Shown one piece after another: positions 51,834 to 60,473 of a stretch of 64,000 bases of DNA. Position 1 is the first letter of the stretch; every line of letters begins with the position of its first letter. The notes under the pieces are model-generated. The model did no database searches, was not told where the DNA came from, and saw only the letters and a list, made by a program, of their open reading frames with translations. The translations under genes were made by a program, and so were the position numbers. This stretch comes from Gammaproteobacteria bacterium (GTDB taxonomy: Bacteria; Pseudomonadota; Gammaproteobacteria; Steroidobacterales; Foliamicaceae), in assembly GCA_009838035.1 (NCBI GenBank), contig VXSK01000022.1, positions 2,343 through 66,342 of the forward strand, written 5' to 3'.

Positions 51834-52964
51834 ATGACCACGCGCATCCGCGACACCCTCCCCGAACACGGCCACAACATCCGCGGCCGGGGCGCCCGCG
51901 GCAACCTGCCCGGCCGCTTCGAACGGCGGACCTACGAGCCGGACCCGGGCGTCGCCGAGATGGCCCCGCATCCCGACACCGAGCTGATCCCCGAACTCAG
52001 CAAGACCATCATCAGCCGCAACAAGTCTCCGGATGTCGGCTTCGAACAGTCCATCAACCCCTACAAGGGCTGCGAGCACGGCTGCATCTACTGCTTCGCG
52101 CGCCCGGCGCATGCCTACCTGGACTTCTCGCCAGGCCTCGACTTCGAGACCAAGATCGTGCACAAGCCCAATGCCGCCGAGTTGCTCAGGAAGGAACTGG
52201 CCAAACCCGGATATCGATGCTCGCCGATCGCCCTGGGCATAAACACCGACGGCTACCAGCCGTTCGAGAAGCAGTTGCGCACCACCCGCTCGCTGCTTGA
52301 GATCATGCTCGAAACCCGCCACCCGGTAACGATCGTCACCAAGTCCGCGCTGGTGGAGCGGGACCTTGACCTGCTGGGCGAACTGGCGCGGCTGGGCCTT
52401 ACCCAGGTCGCGCTGAGCATCACCACGCTGGACGACGAACTCAAGCGCCGCATGGAGCCGCGCACCGCCTCGCCCCGCCGCCGGCTGACGACCATTGAGC
52501 GCCTGACCGAGGCGGGTGTTCCTGCCGGCGTGATGTTCGCGCCCGTCATCCCCGCGCTAAACGACCACGAACTCGAAGCCGTTCTCGAGGCCTCCGCCGA
52601 GGCCGGCGCGCTGTGGGCCGGCTACGCGGTGCTGCGCCTGCCCAACGAGGTCCGTCCGCTGTTCAAGGACTGGCTCGCCGAACAATATCCCCTGCGCGCC
52701 GAACACGTAATGAGCCGCGTCCGCCAGATCCGCGGCGGCAGGGAAAACGACACGACCTTCGGCCGCCGCATGCGCGGCCAGGGTCAATACGCGGACTTGC
52801 TCCGCCAGCGCTTCGAGCGCGCCTGCCGCCGCCACGGCCTGAACCGCGGCACCCGCCCGTCCCTCAAGACCACGCTGTTCCGCCCGCCCGCCGCTCCGCC
52901 AAAGTCTGCGCGCCGTTCTCGACGGAACCCGGTCCCAGACGAACAGCTTTCACTTCTGTCTTGA
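51834..52964 (+). CDS. PA0069-family radical SAM protein (spore photoproduct lyase-like)
   Basis: SINPYKGCEHGCIYCFARPAH (CxxxCxxC), NTDGYQPFE, LRLPNEVRPLF. Confidence 0.9.
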   Translation: MTTRIRDTLPEHGHNIRGRGARGNLPGRFERRTYEPDPGVAEMAPHPDTELIPELSKTIISRNKSPDVGFEQSINPYKGCEHGCIYCFARPAHAYLDFSPGLDFETKIVHKPNAAELLRKELAKPGYRCSPIALGINTDGYQPFEKQLRTTRSLLEIMLETRHPVTIVTKSALVERDLDLLGELARLGLTQVALSITTLDDELKRRMEPRTASPRRRLTTIERLTEAGVPAGVMFAPVIPALNDHELEAVLEASAEAGALWAGYAVLRLPNEVRPLFKDWLAEQYPLRAEHVMSRVRQIRGGRENDTTFGRRMRGQGQYADLLRQRFERACRRHGLNRGTRPSLKTTLFRPPAAPPKSARRSRRNPVPDEQLSLLS

Positions 52965-53710
52965 TCGCACCATTGACCCTGCTATCCGCGATCTGGGCCG
53001 CGCTCGCCGTTCTCGCGTTTGCAGTGAGCTTCAAGGTTCGCGACATCACCGGCCGGATCGGCGGCGCAGGTTGGGGCAAGCACATCGACGCCCGCTGGGG
53101 CTGGTTCTGGATGGAGCTGCCTGCGCTCGTTACGTTCCCCGCAGTCTACTTCGCAAGCGGGAATCTACACCTGGTCGGGAACATCGCAGTTGCGCTGTGG
53201 CTGGCGCACTACGCCCATCGCACCCTGGTGTGGCCCCTCGTCGTGCTCAGGCCGGGCGCCACGATACCGTCCGGCATGTGGCTGAGTGGAGGCGCCTTCA
53301 ACGTGATAAACGGCGCCCTGTTGGGCGCCTACCTGGCGTTTGCTCCCCAGCTCGGTGACGCATGGCTGTCCGATCCGCGATTCATTGCAGGCGGACTCCT
53401 GATGATCGGCGGCGCCTGGCTCAACCTGTGGTCGGACTACCGCCTGCTCGGCCTGCGCCGTCGCAGCGGGCACCAACGCGTCATGCCCAAAGGCGGCGCG
53501 TTCAACCTCTGCTGCAGCCCGAACCTCCTCGGCGAGATCATCGAATGGCTCGGCTTCGCCATGCTGACCTGGTGCCTGCCCGCCCTCGCCTTCGCCCTGT
53601 GGAGCATCGCCAATCTCGTCCCCCGGGCACTCTGGCGCCGCTCCTGGTACCGCACCCACTTCCCCGATTTCCCCAAGACCCGCGCCGCTCTGATCCCCGG
53701 CCTGCTGTAG
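52961..53710 (+). CDS. 3-oxo-5-alpha-steroid 4-dehydrogenase (steroid 5-alpha-reductase) family protein
   Basis: WFWMELPA, HYAHR, NLWSD..L..LR, SPNLLGEIIEWLG, ANLVPRA, FPKTRAALIP. TTG start overlaps the upstream stop. Confidence 0.82.
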   Translation: MIAPLTLLSAIWAALAVLAFAVSFKVRDITGRIGGAGWGKHIDARWGWFWMELPALVTFPAVYFASGNLHLVGNIAVALWLAHYAHRTLVWPLVVLRPGATIPSGMWLSGGAFNVINGALLGAYLAFAPQLGDAWLSDPRFIAGGLLMIGGAWLNLWSDYRLLGLRRRSGHQRVMPKGGAFNLCCSPNLLGEIIEWLGFAMLTWCLPALAFALWSIANLVPRALWRRSWYRTHFPDFPKTRAALIPGLL

Positions 53711-53725
53711 CGCTTAAAAAGCGAA

Positions 53726-55516
53726 CTAAGCCGGCTGCCATTCGCGAAGTTGCTGGTCCCGTTTCAGAACCAGTTGCTGGAACATCAGGCCGTCGAATAC
53801 GGATTCGAGCGTGAAGCCGTCCTCGCCGAGACCGGTTGCGGGCAGGGCGCTGCGCGCCTCGTCCTCGAATGTCGCCTTCAGCCGGATGTCTTGCTGGTAT
53901 GCGGAATGCCACCAGTCCAGAAGACGCGACTTTGCGCTGTCCAGCGCATCAGGACTTGGGAGTCGGTCGGACTTGTTCTGATTGGTCCGGCGGTCGCTGG
54001 GCAGCAGATTCCACAAGTCATTGCAAGGCCAGGCGGAGAAGGGGAAGCAATGATCGATTTCATACTTTCTTGTCAGCCGCTTTCCGGTCCATACGCAATG
54101 CAGAGAACTATGAGCACGCAGAGTCTCCGCGCGCCTACGGGCAATATCGGTGTCGTGTTCGGGCGCAAGCCATTCGAGAGCCTTCCAGTGCGCGTCCCAG
54201 GATTGCTGACCCCCACTGGTTCGCTGTTCGTAAGTCCGCATCATCAGTATCCACTCGTTCAAAACCGCAGGCTCCAGCCAGGCGGCATAACGGCCCATGG
54301 CCTGCCAGAGATTGCGCGGCACCGAAAAGGCACCTAACGACCACAGAAAGGCCTCGTCAATGTTGACAGAGTTCTTCAGGCGCACCGGACCGCTGCGAAC
54401 GCAAGGAAATACGGGCTTGTCGCTTCCGGGGTATGTAATGTAGTTGGCCGGCATACGTCGAATGCAGTTCGCTGCCTCGCGAATCGCCAGGATCAAATTT
54501 TTGGCGTCCTTTTCGCTGAAGCGCTGGCCAACGCGCAGATCGAATGGCGATCGGTCCATCAGTCCTCGAAAACCTGCCTTTACGAAGCCCAGGTGCTGAT
54601 TGCCGCGAGGCTGCTGCGGAAGGTCCGCCTTGATCAGCGGCTGGAAGGATCGGATCCAGTAGAGCGCCACCAGTCCGAGGGGCAATTCCACGTGATCATC
54701 GTTCGCTCGGGGACGCGCGAAGCCTGCGGCGCCGTCGGCGATTCGCAACAGCGCCCGCAACAGGGCCAGTTTGTAGGTTGAAGACTTCTGATCATTGAAC
54801 ACAACGTGCCGAAGCAGCGGCAATGCGCCCGTACCGTCGTCCGGCAACTGCAGCCAAACGACCTCCCATGAGACTGCTTTTCGCCCGCTCGCGTCATTGC
54901 TTTTCGTCACACGGATCACCTGCAATCCGTGTCGTCGCGCCAGTCCTTCTATTTCCGCGGAGGTGGCGTGGCTCATGGGGCGTCCCGGCGCGGGCGGGCC
55001 TTGGCGAAGGCTGATCATCATGCTGCCACCGGGGCCGAGCACCGAAACGAGCTTGCGAAAGGCCCGATGTCTCTGGCTGGCCGGCAGATGGTGCCAGACT
55101 GCGCTTACCCACACGAGATCGAAAGAGGATTTGGTTCGCAGCAACTTTTCGAGCGCCGGAAGCCGGTCATCAAGCCAGCGAATTTTCGACGACTTGTGTC
55201 GCGCACTGCCCGCCTCGCGCATCCCGGAAGAAGGCTCGACGGCCACGACACTATGGCCCTGCTCCGCAAACCAGGCGGCATCCCGACCGCTTCCCGCACC
55301 CACGTCCAGCACATTGCCGGAAGACTCGGGCAGCAGATCCGCAACCTGCCGATGCACGCTCCCAAACGGAATTCGTTCGTAGCCGTCGAAGAGCCCCGGC
55401 GCTTTGGCGTTGTACGCCGCCACGACATCGCGCACCCCGAAGCTTTCGGATCGAGCCGTGGCTGAGATGTTCCCCGGACTATTGTCGGAATGGCCGGACT
55501 CTAATTCCGTTGGCAT
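53726..55516 (-). CDS. Class I SAM-dependent methyltransferase fused to an HNH endonuclease
   Basis: N half: LDVGAGSGRDAAW, VAVEPS, WLDDRLP. Middle: KSSTYKLALLRAL. C half: CVWTGKRL...IDHCFPFSAWPCNDLWNLLP...N..KSD. Confidence 0.8.
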   Translation of the reverse strand: MPTELESGHSDNSPGNISATARSESFGVRDVVAAYNAKAPGLFDGYERIPFGSVHRQVADLLPESSGNVLDVGAGSGRDAAWFAEQGHSVVAVEPSSGMREAGSARHKSSKIRWLDDRLPALEKLLRTKSSFDLVWVSAVWHHLPASQRHRAFRKLVSVLGPGGSMMISLRQGPPAPGRPMSHATSAEIEGLARRHGLQVIRVTKSNDASGRKAVSWEVVWLQLPDDGTGALPLLRHVVFNDQKSSTYKLALLRALLRIADGAAGFARPRANDDHVELPLGLVALYWIRSFQPLIKADLPQQPRGNQHLGFVKAGFRGLMDRSPFDLRVGQRFSEKDAKNLILAIREAANCIRRMPANYITYPGSDKPVFPCVRSGPVRLKNSVNIDEAFLWSLGAFSVPRNLWQAMGRYAAWLEPAVLNEWILMMRTYEQRTSGGQQSWDAHWKALEWLAPEHDTDIARRRAETLRAHSSLHCVWTGKRLTRKYEIDHCFPFSAWPCNDLWNLLPSDRRTNQNKSDRLPSPDALDSAKSRLLDWWHSAYQQDIRLKATFEDEARSALPATGLGEDGFTLESVFDGLMFQQLVLKRDQQLREWQPA

Positions 55517-55747
55517 ATTTCGCCGGATGACAAGGCTTGTTCTTGATTCTTGCTGTTGGTCTAAGGCCGCTTACAAGAAGCCTGCATAACCGCAGGCGAC
55601 ACGCACGGCGTTTCCTGACAATAGCATGCAGCGACAAGTGTTGGCCATGCGCAGCTTCTTGTTCGACAGCGCGCTTTCGCCGAGAATCTATCTTGAATGG
55701 AGATTCGCCATGGGGGCGGAGAGGAAGTTCCGAGGAGGGAACAAAGG

Positions 55748-55999
55748 ATGGAGATTCAACTTACCTTGCAGCATATCGGAATGCAGCTGGACGATACGAA
55801 GAAGACGTTTTACACGGAACGTAAGGAACCGAAGCCTGATTCCGAAATGATGGGCCAGCTCGTGGAGGATTTCCGCGACGAACTGGATAAGCTCGATAGT
55901 CAGGTGCACTCGCTGCGCTGCGGGCTGCGGCGAATGGAAAGCACACTGGAAAGGGAAGGCGGAGGGAGTGGCTACAGCACCCGAATCGGGCCGGGATAG
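55748..55999 (+). CDS. Small coiled-coil hypothetical protein overlapping the 3' end of the PIN gene
   Basis: AAAGG before ATG 55748; heptad-like LVEDFRDELDKLDSQVHSL. Coding status unproven. Confidence 0.4.
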   Translation: MEIQLTLQHIGMQLDDTKKTFYTERKEPKPDSEMMGQLVEDFRDELDKLDSQVHSLRCGLRRMESTLEREGGGSGYSTRIGPG

Positions 56000-56358
56000 T
56001 CGCGAAGTTTCTTGTCGGCCGTCAATAGCGTGAGACCTTCAATTTGCGCTTGTGCAATGAGAATTCGATCAAAGGGATCCTTATGGATGTCCGGTAGCAG
56101 ATCAACTGCCACAGCGTGCGCTCCCGTCACAGGGAGTTCGGAGTAACCGTTCTCAAGCAATCCACGCCTGAGAAGGCGCGGGTCGACATTGAAATCGGCG
56201 TGTCCTCGACCGTTCTTGATGGCGACTTCCCATAGTGATGCGGCGCTGAAGAACAGCTCTGTGGCCTTGTCTTGAATCAGGTCGCGCGCTTCCAGCGGTA
56301 GCCGGTCCGGATGACCGGAAGTCCAGAGCAGCACATTTGCGTCGAGAAGAAACATCAC
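55972..56358 (-). CDS. vapC: PIN-domain (VapC-like) toxin
   Basis: LLDANVLLW, SAASLWEVAIK, HKDPFDRILIAQA, LLTAD: the acidic active-site residues are present. Confidence 0.88.
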   Translation of the reverse strand: MMFLLDANVLLWTSGHPDRLPLEARDLIQDKATELFFSAASLWEVAIKNGRGHADFNVDPRLLRRGLLENGYSELPVTGAHAVAVDLLPDIHKDPFDRILIAQAQIEGLTLLTADKKLRDYPGPIRVL

Positions 56359-56408
56359 TTTTTCCCAACCGCTGCCTCGGACGCGCCGGAGTGCGCCGAA
56401 CCCGTATA

Positions 56409-56424
56409 AGCTATTATAATAGCT
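56409..56424. promoter_or_regulatory. Perfect 16-bp palindrome containing TATAAT on both strands, between divergent PIN and integrase genes
   Basis: AGCTATTATAATAGCT equals its own reverse complement. Confidence 0.55.
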
Positions 56425-56579
56425 CTACAAATATACACTTTCCGACTTGCCTCGCGCCTTGCACCGACGCCAAAAATGCGATGTAATACGCCCATATTTC
56501 GAGCCGGGCGCTTTCGATTCGCTTACGGTAAATCGGCATTGTCGAATCCGGCCCGGCACGAACCCGACCGACGAACGCG

Positions 56580-57143
56580 ATGCCCCAGCCAAGTTACCGC
56601 ACCCTTTCAAAGCGCACCGTGGACCGCCTGTCGGTGGACGACAAGGATACCGTGTTCTGGGACCGGGAGCTGCCCGGCTACGGTGTCAGGGTCTATCCGA
56701 GCGGGCGCAAGGTCTACGTGGTGCAGACGCGGGTCGCCGGCAAGTCCCGGCGCATCACCGTGGGCCGTCACGGCGACATCGCGCCCGACCGGGCCCGCAA
56801 GGACGCCGCGAAGATCATCGCGCGCGTCAAGGCTGGGGAGCCGCCGGTCGAGACCAAACCCGAGGCCCCGCCGACCGTCGCCGACCTCGCGGGGCGTTAT
56901 CAGCGCGAGCACGTCGCCATGCATTGCAAGCCCAACACGGTCAAGCACTACGGCCTGATGCTCAAGAAGCACATCGTGCCGCGCCTCGGGGGACTGGAGG
57001 TCGCCGAGGTGGAGCGCAGGGACATCCTCAAGTTCCAGTTCCAGTTGAGCGACATGCCCACGGTGGCCAACCGCTGCGTGGACATGCTGGTCAAGATGTT
57101 CAAACAGGTACATGATTTCCGCCTAGCGGCGGCGTTATCCTAG
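56580..57143 (+). pseudogene. Truncated tyrosine integrase (arm-binding and core-binding domains only)
   Basis: VFWDRELPGYGVRVYPSGRKVY...RITVGRHG (arm-DNA-binding/DUF4102-like), TVADLAGRY, HIVPRLG, ANRCVDML. Similarity stops near 57102, before any R-H-R-H-Y catalytic domain. Confidence 0.8.
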
Positions 57144-57482
57144 ATAATTCATAAATAACAATCGGTTACAAACCTTCCGTTTCGCTGGCTCTCTAGGCCC
57201 TCCATTCTCAGGTACCAATTAGGTACCACTTCATTTCCAAGTCAGGCGCACGCTTGCGCCGCCAATCCGCAGGCTGATTCGGCCATCCCGCCGCGCAACC
57301 GCGCATTCGATTCGCGCCGACGCAGGCCCCGACCCGTTCCACGACAACGATCCGCCGTTCGCCGTCTGCCGGCCTTGCGCCGGCGAGAGGGGAGTTTCGG
57401 CCGGAAGCGGGGGGGTCGGCGGCGCTCCGGGAGAGGGGCGCTGCCGCCGTTCCCTTTCACCTGACCGAAGGAGCATCGAACC

Positions 57483-57809
57483 ATGCAGGCGGCACTCGCA
57501 CCGCGCGGCGACGCGCGCACCTATCTCACGCACTTCGTCGGCGGGGGGCTCGATGACGAGCGCTACGTCGTCGAGACCTTCCGCTCGCTGGCCAACGGCG
57601 ACATCGTTCCCGTTCAGGCGGACGGTTCGAGGCCCAGGGGCCGGCGCAAGGCGCGCGGCCGGATCCTGCCGCTGAAGGCGGTCGAGAAGCTGCGTCCGGC
57701 CCGCGACGAGATCATCATCGCGACGGGGGTGAAGCGGCGCAACTCCGGTTGCCAGGTCTGGGGTTGGCGCGCACTCGGTCTGTTTCTGGAGCGCCGTCAG
57801 AAAGGCTGA
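57483..57809 (+). CDS. Hypothetical protein (108 aa)
   Basis: Strong GAAGGAG RBS; host-like codon usage. Confidence 0.6.
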   Translation: MQAALAPRGDARTYLTHFVGGGLDDERYVVETFRSLANGDIVPVQADGSRPRGRRKARGRILPLKAVEKLRPARDEIIIATGVKRRNSGCQVWGWRALGLFLERRQKG

Positions 57810-57895
57810 GTTTCCGCATTTGCGGACGTCCAGCCGGCCCGTCGCCGGTTGGACATCCGCAGTCCCGTCCCCCCCTGTTACACCTGGAGCAGCCC

Positions 57896-58906
57896 ATGGC
57901 CTACCGTGACGTTGAGCAACGCCGACGACGCGACCGCGAGCGGTTCCTCGAGCGAACCGAACGACGCCGGGCGGCCGGGCTTTGCCCTCGGTGCGGAGTT
58001 CGCCGGCCCGAGAACGGACTCGCGCTGTGCGGCGAGTGCGCCGGGAAGCGCCGGGCATCGGAGCGGGCGCGCGACGCGCGCCGGCGGGCCGCCGGCATCA
58101 AGCGCCGCCGCAACGTGGTCGGCGAACGGGCGAGGGACCGCCGGCGGACCGCCGAGTGGATCGCACGGGGGGTCTGCACGAAGTGCGGCGTCAATCAACC
58201 TGAGCCCGGTCGCCGGCTCTGCGCCGCATGCGGCGAGAAGCGACGCGCCGCCGAGCGCGCCCGATACGCCCGGGCCAAACGCCGGGGCGAGCTCTATGGC
58301 GGCCGGAATCCGCAGGTCAAGCGCAAGGCCGGACGGGCGGCCAGCGCCCGGCGCCGGCAGGCCCGCCTCGACGGCGGGACATGCGTGCGCTGCGGGCGTC
58401 GGCTGCCCGTCGAGGGCGGCGCCACCTGCCAGCCGTGCCGTGAGATTCGGCAGGCCGCGGAGCGCGAGCTGTACGCCTCCCGGAAGGCCGCCGGGCTTTG
58501 CGTATCCTGTGGCCGGCCGGCTTTTGCGGGCGAGGCCCGTTGCGGCGTGTGCGCGACCGTCGATGGCCAGAGGCGAAACCGAGACCGAAAGAACGCCACC
58601 TCCCGACGCCGGTATTGGGAACGGCGAGAGGCTGGCCGCTGCACGGACTGCAACCGGCCGAGCTTCGGGGCGTCGCGCTGCCCGGGCTGCGCGAAACGCT
58701 CCTACGAGCGCTCCGATTTCTTCCGCGGCATCCCGGCGTGGGATCCGAGCTTCACCGTCATCGAGCTGGCCACCGGAGAGACGCATGGCCCGTTCGATTC
58801 CGAAGCCGATGCCGTCGCCGAACTGGCCTTCGCCGGCTTGTCGTTCGACGAGGTGGAGATCGTGAACGACGCGCCGGTCACGGCGCGCTACGCCGCATGG
58901 GCCTGA
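57896..58906 (+). CDS. Arg-rich protein with five tandem CxxC-x(9-11)-CxxC units and an acidic C-terminal domain
   Basis: CPRC/CGEC, CTKC/CAAC, CVRC/CQPC, CVSC/CGVC, CTDC/CPGC. GGAG RBS before ATG 57896. Confidence 0.75.
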   Translation: MAYRDVEQRRRRDRERFLERTERRRAAGLCPRCGVRRPENGLALCGECAGKRRASERARDARRRAAGIKRRRNVVGERARDRRRTAEWIARGVCTKCGVNQPEPGRRLCAACGEKRRAAERARYARAKRRGELYGGRNPQVKRKAGRAASARRRQARLDGGTCVRCGRRLPVEGGATCQPCREIRQAAERELYASRKAAGLCVSCGRPAFAGEARCGVCATVDGQRRNRDRKNATSRRRYWERREAGRCTDCNRPSFGASRCPGCAKRSYERSDFFRGIPAWDPSFTVIELATGETHGPFDSEADAVAELAFAGLSFDEVEIVNDAPVTARYAAWA

Positions 58907-59032
58907 ACGCTTGTCGCCCTTCGGCGGGAGGGATTCCAGAGAGTAGGAGGACAGCGAGTGCCGGGTAGGCGTCCGGGAGCGCGGAGGGAGAACGGCTCCC
59001 CCGGCCCGGGCGCGACACCTGAAGGAGCCCCC

Positions 59033-59209
59033 ATGTTCGTACCCGACACCGACTACGACCCCATCGCCCCGGCCACCGGCTGCCTGCTCGCCGAGATCGG
59101 CATCGACATCGACGCCGTGCGCGAGACCCTCGCCGACGACCTCGCCCACCACTGTCCCGACCGCGAGGTCCCGGATACCGGGAGATGGAGGGAAGCGGGA
59201 GAAGGGTGA
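59033..59209 (+). CDS. Small acidic hypothetical protein (58 aa)
   Basis: GAAGGAG RBS; MFVPDTDYDPIAPATGCLLAEIGIDIDAVRETLADDL... Confidence 0.5.
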   Translation: MFVPDTDYDPIAPATGCLLAEIGIDIDAVRETLADDLAHHCPDREVPDTGRWREAGEG

Positions 59210-59292
59210 ACGGACGAGGGGCCGGAGCGAGGGCTTCCGGTTCCCGACCGTTCGCCAACCCATCGTCATCACTCAGCAGAAGGAGAATCCCC

Positions 59293-59751
59293 ATGAGCTT
59301 CGGATTGAACAGGGCAGAAGTCATCGGCCGGCTCGGCGCCGACGTGACCGTGAATCACCTGGTGTCGGGGGGCCGCGTGGCCAATCTCAGCATCGCCACC
59401 GACGAGTCGTACATCGACCGGGAAGGCCAGAAGGTCGACAAGACCGAGTGGCACCGCGTCGTCACGTTCCAGCCCGGGCTGGTGGACATGCTGGCCAGGC
59501 ACGCGCGGAAGGGCCGGCTGGTCTACGTCGCGGGCAAGCTGCAGACGCGGCGCTGGCGCAAGGACGGCGAGGCCTCCGACCGCTTCTCGACCGAGATCCT
59601 CCTGGCCCCCGGTTCCCGCATCCAGTTCCTGGATCGGCCGGGGGCTCCCAACGGCAACGGCGCGCACGCCGAGGCCGAGGCGGCGGCCAACGGCTCGACC
59701 GTGCCGGAGGGTGGCGAAGCCACCGACCCGGACATGTCGATCCCGTTCTGA
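59293..59751 (+). CDS. ssb: Single-stranded DNA-binding protein (mobile-element type)
   Basis: NRAEVIGRLGAD, ANLSIAT, TEWHRVV, LVYVAGKLQTRRW, acidic tail ending DMSIPF. Confidence 0.92.
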   Translation: MSFGLNRAEVIGRLGADVTVNHLVSGGRVANLSIATDESYIDREGQKVDKTEWHRVVTFQPGLVDMLARHARKGRLVYVAGKLQTRRWRKDGEASDRFSTEILLAPGSRIQFLDRPGAPNGNGAHAEAEAAANGSTVPEGGEATDPDMSIPF

Positions 59752-59949
59752 GGCTGCGCCTCTCCCGCCCCCGAATAGGGCCGTCGCTTCGCGCGTCGGC
59801 CCTATTCTCATGCTGCCCACTTCGAGTCCTCACGCCGGGTTCACGGAGCGACCCCGTGAGCTGGAGTGAGAGTGAAGCCCGTTGCGGGCGAACGCCGCAC
59901 GGCCGGGAGGGAGGCCGGGCGGCATCGAATCCCGAGACAGGAGCCCACC

Positions 59950-60177
59950 ATGAGTTACGTCACCTTCAAGCGCGTCCGCCCGGACGAATCCCGCATCTAC
60001 GACGCCGAGGGCGACTACGTCGGCGACGTGTACGCCCACGACGACATCCTCAACCCCGGCCAGCGGGTCTACCTGGTCCTGCTCGAGGACGACCCCCGGG
60101 GCTGGGCTACGGTGCGTGACCGCAACCGCATCCGAGAGATCGCCGAGCAGCGTCTTCTGTCACATCCGTACCGCTGA
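59950..60177 (+). CDS. Small hypothetical protein (75 aa)
   Basis: CAGGAG RBS; MSYVTFKRVRPDESRIYDAEGDYVGDVY...; high GC at third codon positions. Confidence 0.6.
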   Translation: MSYVTFKRVRPDESRIYDAEGDYVGDVYAHDDILNPGQRVYLVLLEDDPRGWATVRDRNRIREIAEQRLLSHPYR

Positions 60178-60473
60178 GTGCGCGGCGGTGCTGTCGCACG
60201 AGCCGGCGAGGTCCATCGTCAAGCCCGGCACCGTGCTCGCCGACAGGCCCAAAAAAGAGGTCGTGCCAATCCCAAACAAAGCTCTCTCCTCTGTATGTCC
60301 CATCGTGCCACACGTGCTCACTGCGCCAACCCCTTCGGGGTTCTCCACTGCGTTGCGACCGCTGCGCGGTGGCTGCGCTGCGCGCGCGTGTCCCAATGAA
60401 ACATACGCCGGAGCGAGCCACGCAACGGCATCACGGGCCGGTTGGCCCTACCACTCAAGACAGGAGACTCTCA

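Noticed and set aside
57878-59272. 464-aa minus-strand ORF and 338-aa alternative-frame ORF over the zinc-finger gene
   Set aside because: Low-complexity Ala/Pro/Gly/Arg shadows of the Cys-patterned plus-strand gene.
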